Shown here: one piece after another, positions 48,701 through 59,220 of the stretch
How positions within the stretch are numbered: position 1 is the stretch's first letter
How the letters are laid out: the number at the start of each line of letters is the position of its first letter
Origin: Klebsormidium nitens
Taxonomy: Eukaryota; Plantae; Klebsormidiophyceae
Direction of reading: 5' to 3'
Assembly (NCBI GenBank): GCA_000708835.1
Contig: DF237035.1
Location: 7,899-71,898, forward strand
DNA: 64,000 nucleotides
Translations under genes and position numbers: made by a program
The notes under the pieces: generated by a model
Database searches by the model: none
Seen by the model: only the letters and a program-made list of their open reading frames with translations
What the model was told of the DNA's origin: nothing

Positions 48701-51512
48701 CCAACATTCCCAACATTACGACTTACTTCCCAGGTACGCACGCTTTCTCTACCAGATTTCCTCATTGTGTAACTGAGCACTACACCGGCATTTGTTCCGA
48801 GGATGACGAGGCGAGCTGTGTGCTTGTCTGAGACTCACGATTCGTAGGCTGCGGTCCGGTGTCTGTTAGCACAGTAAAAAGCTACTTGTACTCATTCTTG
48901 TTGAACAGAGTGCCCAGACGTCGGTGTAAAATTATGGTCAGTCGTTGTTCGTCCTTTTAATCAGACGTGCGGATGCTGTACGCTGGGCTCTTCTTCAGTG
49001 TCCTGTCACATGTGTAGCCCAACGTTTTGGCGAAGCACGCAGAAACGACTCTGCGTTCGCCGAAGCTGCGCCGTGTCAATCTGGGAGGCTATCTTGGCAG
49101 CTGCCTTGGCGTTTTCGTAGAAAGGTTCAAGTGGTCACTTTGGCGTCACGATTTTGCGGCGGGAAGTTTCTTCTACTGGAACACAGCGGGTCAAGAGGTA
49201 GCTCGTTTCTTTGGGCAACCCGATCTCGTCCGTTCCGGTCAACAAATCTGTAGACGGCGCTGTCACGAGATGCGATCCTTCCCGCTCACTTGCGTTCCGT
49301 TTTCCGGTTCTGGTAGCAAGTCTGCTGCCTGTCCCCCTATCATGCTGAGCCTGCTGACCCTTGACGTCGTCAGCGCCTGGCCGCCACGAATGCGTTGACC
49401 AAATGCGATCCGTTCCGCTCAGTCACGTTAAGTTTTCCGGCGCATGTAGCAAGTCCGCTGCCTGGCCCCCGTACATGCTGGGCCTACTTTTTCATAGCGT
49501 CGTCAACTTTTGGCCGTTATGCACGCGTTGACCAGATGCGATCCGTTCCGGTCCGCTCACTTCCGTTCCCTTTTCCGGTGCAGGTAGCAAGTCCGCTGCC
49601 TGGCCCGCATATATGCTGAGCCTGCTGGGCCCCGGCGTCGTGAGCTCCTGGCCGCTACGCGCGCTCATCACGCGCAGCATCCGTTCACTGCCGGAGCCAA
49701 GCACGGTAAGCGACCAGGCTGTCGACGGGTCCGTCTTAGTGAACTGCTTGTGGTCGGACAGTTTTAACAATAAGAAAGAAAAGGGACTGTTTTCTTAGTG
49801 GAAAGATCACGCGTCCTTCGTGCCGGAGTTCAGCACGGTAAGAAGTGAAGCGGTTTCAGGCTGTCGGTCCGTTTTGCTGAAGCCCTTGTGGTCAGACAAC
49901 CGTGACAATATAGAGAATCAGGGGGGGAAGGGTACAGAAAAAGTTTGTCTTGGTGAATTAATCAAGCGCAGCGTTCGTGCACTGCCGGACCCCGAGCACG
50001 GTGAGACGCGAGCAATCCCAGGCCTTTGATTGATCAACTTTGCCAAGAGTCGGGGCCTGGAGGGAAGTCGAACGACGGAGATAGAACGACCGAAAAGCTT
50101 CCGACCTGCAGCCTTGCCTCCGCGGAGCGACAAAAGTCGAACGAGGAGGAAAGAGAAGGAACAGCAACGTTGTGCCTGCGAATGTTTCCCCTTTCGCTTA
50201 TTGTCATGCAAGACAGGGGCAAACATGCGATTGGAGCTTCACACACGTGGAGCATTTTGTCTGCTTATCTGATTCATGTTTGGGGGGTCCAATGAACCCC
50301 TCGAGAGTGAATAGCAAACCATTTCAACCGACCCATTTTGGATGAGTCGCCGCTTGACCCGTGATATTTGGAAGGTTTCGGCTCTTCCTTACCGCCTTGC
50401 GCTCGTTCCTGGCTCCTTCTGATCCGACTCGCTGTCGTCTGTGCAGGAGAAGGCGAAAGCTTCCAAGATGCTGGGAGCGGCGGAAGTGAGGGACGAGAAG
50501 ACGGGCCGCTCTGCGCGCGCCTCCATACAGGTCAACGAGGGTGAGAGCCTCTTCTGAACCAGCGCCTCGTCATCACTCTCTACAACAGTCCTGAACTTGG
50601 TCCCAGGATTGCTGCTTTCCTTGACCCAGTTCTGAAAGTACCGCCGTTATTTCCGTTGGTCGATCTCGGGGGAGTGATTTCTGGGGTATTTTAGAGCGAT
50701 CACGAAGATGGGCTGGGATATCCCTACGCTTGGTGACGGGAAAGTATGCTGACGCCTCGAAAGAGCTCACCAGTACGTGAAAAGCTACTTATATAGTGCT
50801 TCTTCTAGTTTCGCTGTTGCCAGAGCCAATGAGAGGCGCAAGGGATGTCCTCGGCCGCATTTGCTGCTTGCGGTGCGTTCTCGAACCAGAAATGAAGTAG
50901 AGATTAAACGCAAGACAGCTCGGGGAAGCTATCATCGACTTCAGTTCCAACGCTTTCACCCGCCGAGCCCTGAATGTTTCTGCTTGCCGATGCCAGGCGC
51001 TCTCGTCATCCACGTGATTGCTTCTCTCGTCTTCAAAGTGCTGCACTTGAAAAACTAGACTGGTGCCTTGCACTTTACTCCTGATTTGACGGTTCTGTCC
51101 GCACAGGGTATGGCTTTACTGCCAGTTCCGCCTGCGAGGTGGCGCGGAGAGTGCTCGACGGGCAAGTGAAGCCGGGCTTTCAGGTGGGCATGACTTTTGA
51201 AACGGAAAATGAGTCTCCAGAGCACTGTTCCGCTTAGAGGTCCTCGCAGGGTTGCAAGTGTACGAGCACACCTCTTTCGTTTCCGTTAGCTCGAAAGCCG
51301 TTATGCAATTTTTCCCTTCTGTGATCTGTTCTCTACGCAACTCTCTGTGTATGTAAGTGTTGCTCGAGTTGCTGCGACAAACCCGCTGTGGAGCGTTTGC
51401 ACAAGATGCTCAGACCTGCTGCTTCGCTTTCCAGACCCCGGCGTCAGCGTTCGGCTCGAGCCTTGTCCTCAACATCCCAGGCGAAGAAGCGGTGTTGAGA
51501 GACCTTCCGTAG
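45735..51512 (+). CDS. Saccharopine dehydrogenase-like (NAD(P)-binding) oxidoreductase, 10 exons
   Basis: Exons 45735-45870, 46142-46226, 46968-47178, 47588-47752, 48009-48109, 48612-48733, 49584-49705, 50447-50540, 51107-51183, 51435-51512; phases consistent. Motifs YGATGHTG, LAGRN, AGPF, HYMDITGE, GFDVVPGD, HSTNIPNITTY, EGYGFTA, VKPGFQTPASAFG. Confidence 0.92.
46394..46610. repeat. Degenerate ~55-bp tandem repeat, 4 units, in SDH-like intron 2
   Basis: TGC(A/G)CCAC unit heads at about 46394, 46452, 46508 and 46562. Units 2 and 4 share ...AGAAGATTTGCTTCAG / GGAAGATTAGCTACAG. Confidence 0.6.
49260..50010 (+). repeat. Tandem copies of both junctions of SDH-like exon 7
   Basis: Acceptor-side exon-like starts at 49313 (CTG), 49446 (CAT) and 49584 (CAG, real). 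Donor-side AGCACG|GT at 49706 (real), 49838 and 50001. Confidence 0.93.
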
Positions 51513-53109
51513 GTCCGTACCGGCGAAAGTACCGGCGAAAAAGGAAAAGTTTTTCAAGATGCCAAAATGTAGCGGCTTTTGGTGACTCAGCGCTGTTCCC
51601 AGCCAGAGGATTGAACTTCGCCTCTCACATAAGAGCCGCGAGACCTCTCGTGACAGTGGCGATCATAGGATTCATATAGCCTACCAAGGGGGGATCCACA
51701 TTCTAGCTGCCATTGAAATTTTGCGTAGTGGATTCCTTTACTGTGCGTGCATATACTGCAGCTCTGTGCCCGACGGCCGATTTCAGTGCCATGGCTTTTG
51801 CTCAGCTGCTGCTGAGCTCTTGAGCCGCGAGTATGTGAAAGATCTACTCGGAAGCAGCAGGTCTAGCTTAGGATTTGTGAGGTAACCCGTCATGTGATTG
51901 GAGCAAGCATACAAAACATGCATGGGAAAAGGATTGACTGATGGGTATTCATGTAGGAGAATCCTAGGCACGAAATATATGGTGGCCCTGCGCATATCCA
52001 ACTGACTTGCGTTTGTTAACGGCGTAACAACCTGTTGCATGCTAGGGCCATGATTGTGCACGGGCAGGACGCACTAGGTTCAATACTTGGGGCGCTGCGC
52101 ACGGAAGATTGCTGACACGAGCATGAAAACATACACCCATATGAGCTGGTACTATTATACCGTCACACACCGTGAGGCACGTGTGCAGTGACATACGAGT
52201 CGAACATGATGTAGCTCAGTGCACCGTACGCGTCGGCACAAAGAATCTATAGCCCCTCTTTCACGGGCAAGACACAGGGCGGCATGACGCCGCTGCATGG
52301 AAGATGTTGCCATTATGCAGTGATGTCAAATTGTTGCATTGAAATCGGAGTCATGCATTGCGAGCATTACTAAACACTGACATGTGCATATGTGGCGGCA
52401 GATTACCTGCTATAATATGGTGCTAACAATCAAGGCTGCAGAAGCTTTGCATAACTCATATATAGTCTGTCACACGACTGATTGCAATGCATGGTTGTTT
52501 CAATGAATCGAACACGGTTCTAGCAATGATGCACATGCCCGCATTAGTATGCATGCATGCACGCATCTTGGAATAGATTAGTTTAGCAAGTAGAAAGTGC
52601 GATGCTTTCAACTAGCTAAGAGGAAGCATTGGCCACCAACCAGAAAAGTGTTCCACATTGGAAACTTCTGTTAAAAAATACTAAGGAAGTGTAAGCAGGG
52701 TTCAATCCCCAAAGCTGTATACTTTGGTATACAATAAATGATCAAACTATGTGGTGTCCCTGAACGTTGTTAAGCGTTGTTAAGTTGACACGGTGGACTT
52801 GGAGTATGCAAGACATATCTTTATGACTGGAATACTGACAGAACTCACTGAAACAGAAGGCTAACTCTGACTTTCGCATCTATGATGCTATCAAGAAACA
52901 CACCCACGACAATCGCCTGAAAATTTCTTCGAAGAATCACCCAGCTTCGCGCCTCCAGGCCCGGCTGCGCTGTGCTCTGTGCTGCAAGCTCGCGCTAACC
53001 GCTCTCGTAACCTACTTCCGTCCTATGATCGCGCTGCAATCGGAGCGCGCTTGACGTTGGAGGGGTGTGTGGACACAGGAACTCTTTTGACTGGCCAACC
53101 GTCCCAACC

Positions 53110-55876
53110 CTACCCAAACGGCCTATCTCTCTTCTTCAACTCCCCCAACACCTTCCCCGTTGGAGACTCGTCATCGCTGATGTCATCATCGTCCCCCTCC
53201 TCAGGCTTGGCGTACACAGCCTGGAGCGCCCTCGGTACCACAAGCGGCGCCAACGCCATCGGAGAAGAAGGCGCCTTCGCCTGCTTTGCCTCCGCCGGGC
53301 TGATCCATTCCTGCCTGAACGGTACCGCGCTGAACAGGTTGAACGGCGCCGGCGCCGGCGGCAGGCCCACTCTTTCCACTCCCTTGCTGACCTCCGCCAC
53401 GTCAGCATTCTCTTCTGCCCTCTCCGCACCAGACGTTCCAACAGCCACCTCTGCCTTGACTCGCTCTGATAACTTTGTGGGGAGGCCATACTCTGCACTC
53501 TGCCACGAAGTCCCCATGCCGGTTACCCCTCCAAAGAGCCTGCTGGTGCGCAGGGGCTCCCTCGGGAGCGCTATCTGCTCCTGGAACAAGGGGCCTTCGG
53601 CAGAGGTGGATGGAAGTTCGCTGTCACCCTCGGGGGGGGCTGTGAGGAGGGCCTTTACCACCGCAGTCTGGGCCAGCTCGTCTGACTCGCTCTCCGCAAC
53701 GTTTTGAGCTGCAAGGAGGGGGGACAAATTAGGGTTGTCAGCAATGGTACTGCGAGCAAACCCCATGGAAGCAGGACTTGAGATGGAAATCATAGGCAAC
53801 CGCAAATCTGTGCTGGACTGCAAAAGATACATCAAGTAGAAGACGGGTTTCCTTGACTTTTTAGAGTGCCAACTATAAAAGTCAAAAAGGGCAGATGGCC
53901 TGACTAGGGGTAAAAGTACAGGTCTTGCAATTGCAGGGCAAAGGTGGTCAGTTTGTGATGCAACAGGACCATTCAGCAGTATTTGTGAGGGTAGCTGCAA
54001 CGGACTAAAGCAGTGCTGTAGTAGGAGGTCGCAGATGCTGCGTGCTAGCTTGCAAGAGAAAGAAACACATGATTGGGGCTTATACGACCTTGCAGATACT
54101 GGCAGAAAGTATGATTCCCTACAGCATTCAGACAGCCCTGTTGTTGATGGGCTTTTCGGCCAGAAGTTTGATGCACTTCTTCTAACATCCGAAGGTGGAA
54201 CCCTGCGTTTGATCCGATTGCCCTTTCATCATCTTTTAAATCTGAACAAGACACAGGGCGAATGCTGCACATGCCCCCTGAGTATGGAGCGGGGAACCCT
54301 CCCACACTTGGTCAAAATCAATGTTACCCAGCACAAACTCTGAAGCGCAGGGATGCCCTTACATCTCTTGAGAGCCGCCCATGCCGCCGCGGCCGCATTC
54401 TTTTCTGCCTGTTTCTTAGTCTTTGCGCTCTGCCCACTGTATCTGCGTCCCGCCACATCCACAGTGCAAATGTACACAGGGAGGTGCCCTGGGCCGGTCC
54501 GGTTGCTGGAGTAAACAGGGAGGGGAACGCCGGCTTTCTGAGTAGTCTCCTGGAGCAGGTTTTTGCAGACTCCCGTTTCATCCTGCAAATGGAAGAGAAC
54601 AACAAGCTTGAGTACAGTGGTGTTTCCGTGCGTCAGAAGATGCCTGCAAGCAAGTAAACAGGGAGGAAAGCTTTCTTGTTTGCGGCAGACATTAGGGCTG
54701 AGGACAGAAATGACAGTCAGAAGGCAGAAGATGTTCCAGACAATCTTAGGCAGATGCAGGAAAGTGCTCATGTCATTTTGTTTAGAAACATAACTGAGAA
54801 GCATGCAACTCCTGTGAGAACAGCCACATGGCCAGGAAGTAAGGCAAAAAGCCTCAGCATGCCAGGTGCGTATTTGGTGCAGATGTATGGGGGCTTCACC
54901 ACACAGAGGGCTCTATGCTTGTGCCGAGGTGACGCAGAATGTTCGTACAAGATACATTGATTAAGAGACTGCCAGCACAGACATCAAGACAATCGAGATG
55001 CTCTTAGCACCATCTGCAGCTCTGAGCACCATCTGCAAGTTTGCTAGAGAGGGGAGATGCAAACGTAACATTTCAAGGAAGATATAGAAATGAACGAGGG
55101 AGCGCCCAAGCTTTTCAGGCTGCGGAAGATTCTCAACAACCAGTCTCCAAACACTAGCTTTAAGTCTTTTGTCTGTCAAGCAGACTGAAGATGGTTATGG
55201 GGGAGTCCCAGGAGTAAGCGGCGCTCCTCTGTAATCGTGTAAATAATCAGATATAGGTACAACAGACCTCTCCTAATCAAACCCCTACTGATTTGGCTCG
55301 GTAAATAATAAGAACATTCGGGACAGTGCCCCCAGTGTCCTTGAAACAGGGAAAGTCTTACAGCAACCCTATCCAAACATTGCCCCCAGAAGATCGATCA
55401 TACTTCTCGATCAGAGCCTCAGCTTCTCCGTCAGTACAAAGCCTCAACAACACTGCGAACCACGCACCTTTCCAGATAGACTCCCACCAGCATTGTGAAG
55501 CTGGCCATCTTGGAACAATTTCCTGAACCTTTGAACTACAGCCTCAACCGTTCAAACCCTGCAAATACAGATCCCGGTAGCTGATGCTATCAACCAGCCA
55601 TGGAGTCTTTATTTGAGGGGCCATACTTACCAGCATCTTTGCGGCGAGGGATTGCGCTGGCCCCCTTTTGGACAGCTCTTGCAGAGCTACCTCAGCCACT
55701 GCATGCTCGGCCTGTCTGAGCGTGCTGCAAAACCCCGGCCCCTCAAACACCTCGTTATTGAACTTGACAGTCGCCTTGAACCGGGGCGCGTGGTCAGGCC
55801 CCTCTCGAAGGCACCCATAGGACGGCAGGTTGAAGCAGCTCCTTTGAGCAAGTTCCTGAAGCTGATTCTTGTACAT
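53110..55876 (-). CDS. DRB2: Double-stranded RNA-binding protein, DRB2/3/5 type, two dsRBMs, 3 exons, 354 aa
   Basis: Exons 55631-55876, 54363-54582, 53110-53708 (1065 nt). MYKNQLQELAQRSCFNLPSY..REGPDHAPRFKATV and DETGVCKNLLQE...KKQAEKNAA are near-identical to plant DRB2. Confidence 0.93.
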
Positions 55877-56559
55877 ATCGAGAAGAGCTCGGAAGGGCGC
55901 CAAGCGTTCTTCTAGGAGGCTATGGTAAGGAAACGGGCAGTGACCTGGAGCGTAAGATGGCGGCTTTATGCAAGCTGACCGGGATCTCTGTCGCAAGGCT
56001 CGTTTGCAAAGACGTATAAGCGCGTCCTCTGACTCCCGCAGAGCCTGCGTCATTCACGTGGAGCACCCAAGACGGGAACTCTTGAACTGTGCCTTCCAGA
56101 ATGTTTGCAGACTCCACCCTCTACGTAGCCCCCAGATTGTGCATCAAAAGCAGGGCTCGTCGAATCGGCGTCAGACACCTGCATTTACTACCCCTTCATT
56201 TGCTCAAACACAGCAGCTGGCTCCTCTGACCCCACGAGGAACCATGCTCGCAAAAGCGCACACCCTCTGGCTTCAAGTTCCTGCTTCTGACAAGAGAATG
56301 GAGACACTGCGGTTCTTGCTCTGCAAATTGCCAACAGAAACTGGGACAGGTCACACTCACAGGGGGAGATTTGGAAGCTCGCAAGTGCTGTCATAAACTC
56401 GCGTATTCAGGGCTGGCAATGCCACGGTGTAACCTAGAAGATATCGTGCAAGTTGAATTGGTAATATGTCGCGCAGAAAAATCCAAATAAGTAGGTAGAC
56501 CCCATGACTGCATTTGTTGACACGATTGTAGCCTGGACGGTTGCCGGCTTATCGAGAGA

Positions 56560-58130
56560 ATTCGGCTATCTAGGTTTCTAATTCTTGGACGGATTTCTCG
56601 CAGCTGCGCCATCGTATTGCATGAATAATCCGTGCGCTTCCAGAAGACCTGCAAGCAGGCGGGTCACTCCCCTTGCAAAGTCGTCAACATACCGGTATGG
56701 GGCTCCCTTCTCCTCATGCAGTGCTTTGTCCAGAGAAGATCATCACAACTTGAGACCTTGCCACCTTGCAGATGGACTCCCCATCAGAAGAAGTGGTGCT
56801 ACAATTCTTTTAGCCATGCCTGTCTTAGAGGAATACGGCGCCATCAAGACAAGATACCCGATCCCTTTCATCGTCTGCAATTCAACTGGAGGCCCTTGGG
56901 GGCCCCTTGGGTATGCTGGCGCATGTGCGCAGAAGGTGTCGCAGACATACTGATGATGAATTCCTCTGTGAGCGGGTCATTTTGCTGTGTCGGAAGGATT
57001 GTCACGCTTTTCAGGCAGCCTGTCTACGAGGCGGACTTAATGGAGTGCATTTTTACCTGCAATTGTATGGATTGATGAGGTTGGTAAGGAATGTGGCAGC
57101 GAGGAACATGCGAGCTGGTTTGATGACTGTGTGGTGGATTTGTGCAAGATGAACGCCAAAAGTTGGAGGACCTGTCTGTGTGGTTCAGAGCAGAGTCTCT
57201 ATCTTTGGAGGATGGAGAGGAAATTTGCAACTTTGAATTTTACCTGCCAAATCCAAAGAAGCTAGTACGCGATGGAGCTCCGAATCTGGAGACGGTTCAC
57301 TTGGCGTGTCCAGTTCTGGAGTCCCTGTGCTTAAACGGCGTCTTCGAGTGCCAGCGTTGTAGCTTTCAGGGAAACTTGGCATTGCAACTTGAAAGATTCA
57401 CTTTTCAGGTGCGTTCTTCAGCGGAGCGGGCTTGCAAAGCTTTCTGGCATGAGTTGATCACACTCCATCTTATCCCTTTGGTTCAGGAACCTCCAATCTT
57501 GCTTGAGTAAGCAGTGGATGACACAGTGGCCGAGGATATTTTCGAAAAGAGCATTGCGCTCCGACCACCCGACGTAATAATGAAGCTACTTGCTGAAAAC
57601 TTCCTAAATTTCAAAAATTTGAGTCTTTTTTCCTTGAGCACTTGAGTCTTTCTGGAAATCTGCCTTGCCCCTAGCCTTTAAATTGTCTATTCTTACCACT
57701 TCTTGCCAAAGCATGTTCGAGGATGAATATGCTACAAGTAGAGGACACAACCCCCTCTACATCAATATTAGTAGTAACGTGTTTGGTTGACGACAACGAC
57801 ACGTATTCCAAAAATGGGGTAAGCTTTCCGAAGTTGAAAGCAGTCCATCTCAAACTGATGCAACCAAATGCTAACCTTCTCAGGGAATTATGAACTGGTG
57901 TCTGAGCTTACAAGAACTACATCTAGAGCTGACTGAGATGCACTATCTTGCTTCAAAGCCGCAAGTCGGGGAACCTTTCATCTTTGAAGGTTCATTGTCC
58001 CTTTTTAATGAGATTTTACGCCACATGGACCTGTTGCTAGCGAGCAGACGGTACCTATGGAGGTTATGATTTAGAACAACTAGGTGAGGAGGAGTAGGAA
58101 CAACTTGAGCAGTTAGATGATCGACGTAGG
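56560..58130 (+). pseudogene. Probable decayed LRR (F-box/RNI-like) gene
   Basis: Fragments in different frames, separated by stops: ILLAMPVLEE, PNLETVHLACPVLESLCL, LAENFLNFKNLSL, IMNWCLSLQELHLEL. No continuous spliced ORF could be built. Confidence 0.45.
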
Positions 58131-59220
58131 TAGTCTCATGTGTCTGCTTGTGTCCAGGTTGAGGACTTCATAAATAGTGCAAGCGTCCGGAGCTGGGGGT
58201 TGCTATGATTGAGAGGATGCAATCTAGTGCAACAGTCAACGCATGTGTGTGCATGTTAGTCAACCTCAGTTTGCACACAAGCCATGATGTTATGTCCGGA
58301 AGTGACCATTGCGAACTGGAGGTATGACACAGTCTCGCAACATGGGCGGCAAGGTGCAAACTTGTACGTGCTTGAGGTATGCATGCCCGCTATGTCATGC
58401 ACTTGAGGGCTCATGTGCATCGGATTGCTCAGGCTTCTACTTGGACAGGAGCGCCCATCAAGGCGCGGTACGCACACTGTCGTGTATGCGTGCTGTTCCC
58501 TGCAGTATGCATGTCATGCAAGCGCGAGCTAGCTAGAGCTCTCATGCTCAGTGATATTGCAGGCTTCACTGATTCTTGAGCTTCCGCCAACTGATAATTG
58601 TGGACTCACAACAAGCTTTGCCGGGTCAGAAGGTCATGCGCGGGGCTTGCTCAACCATCAATTGCATGATATGCGGGAGGACCTTCCACATGTTGATGCG
58701 AGATTTCACCAAGCTGGGATTTAAATACAATAAAAGGCTCTGGCGCGCGGCGTGTGTGTGCCTAACTTAGTACGATCTGTTGCAACAACTTCTGAACGTG
58801 TGTGCAGAAGCGTTTACTGAAACTTGAAAGTGCCTGGTCATGACTCTACACAATCTAGACCATCCTGATAAGGGCGATGCTGGGTCAAGGATTGCCGACT
58901 CAAGTTTTGATCGGACGCTTGTGAGGCTGCCATCCCGCCCCTAGAGAATCTACATCCCCCCGTACGTCGCACTCAGAACCCTGCAGAATCCCTCAGATAA
59001 TATCCTGCCTAATCGCCATATGTCCTCTTCTGAAAGGACTCTTTGTTTGATACATATCGTCTCTTCTAGGTAGCTATCTCATAAAGCAACAACGGAGGAC
59101 CTTTGGTTGAGCGAGCCTTGGAGTCTCTAGTGGAAGTCCTTGCTGCCTATCTGATCAAAGGTGCTGGAGTCTTGGCCAGCCCAAGCACCAGTCTAAGTTA
59201 CCGGTCTCCATTTTTATGCG

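Noticed and set aside
48590-50770. Apparent minus-strand gene with repeated GQAADLL peptides and an in-frame TGA (possible readthrough/Sec)
   Set aside because: Fully explained by the plus-strand SDH-like exons and their duplicated junctions.
52020-52100. tRNA-like T-arm (CTAGG-TTCAATA-CTTGG)
   Set aside because: No convincing D-arm or anticodon arm, so it is not callable as a tRNA.
52979-53707. 242-aa plus-strand ORF
   Set aside because: Shadow of DRB2 exon 3.
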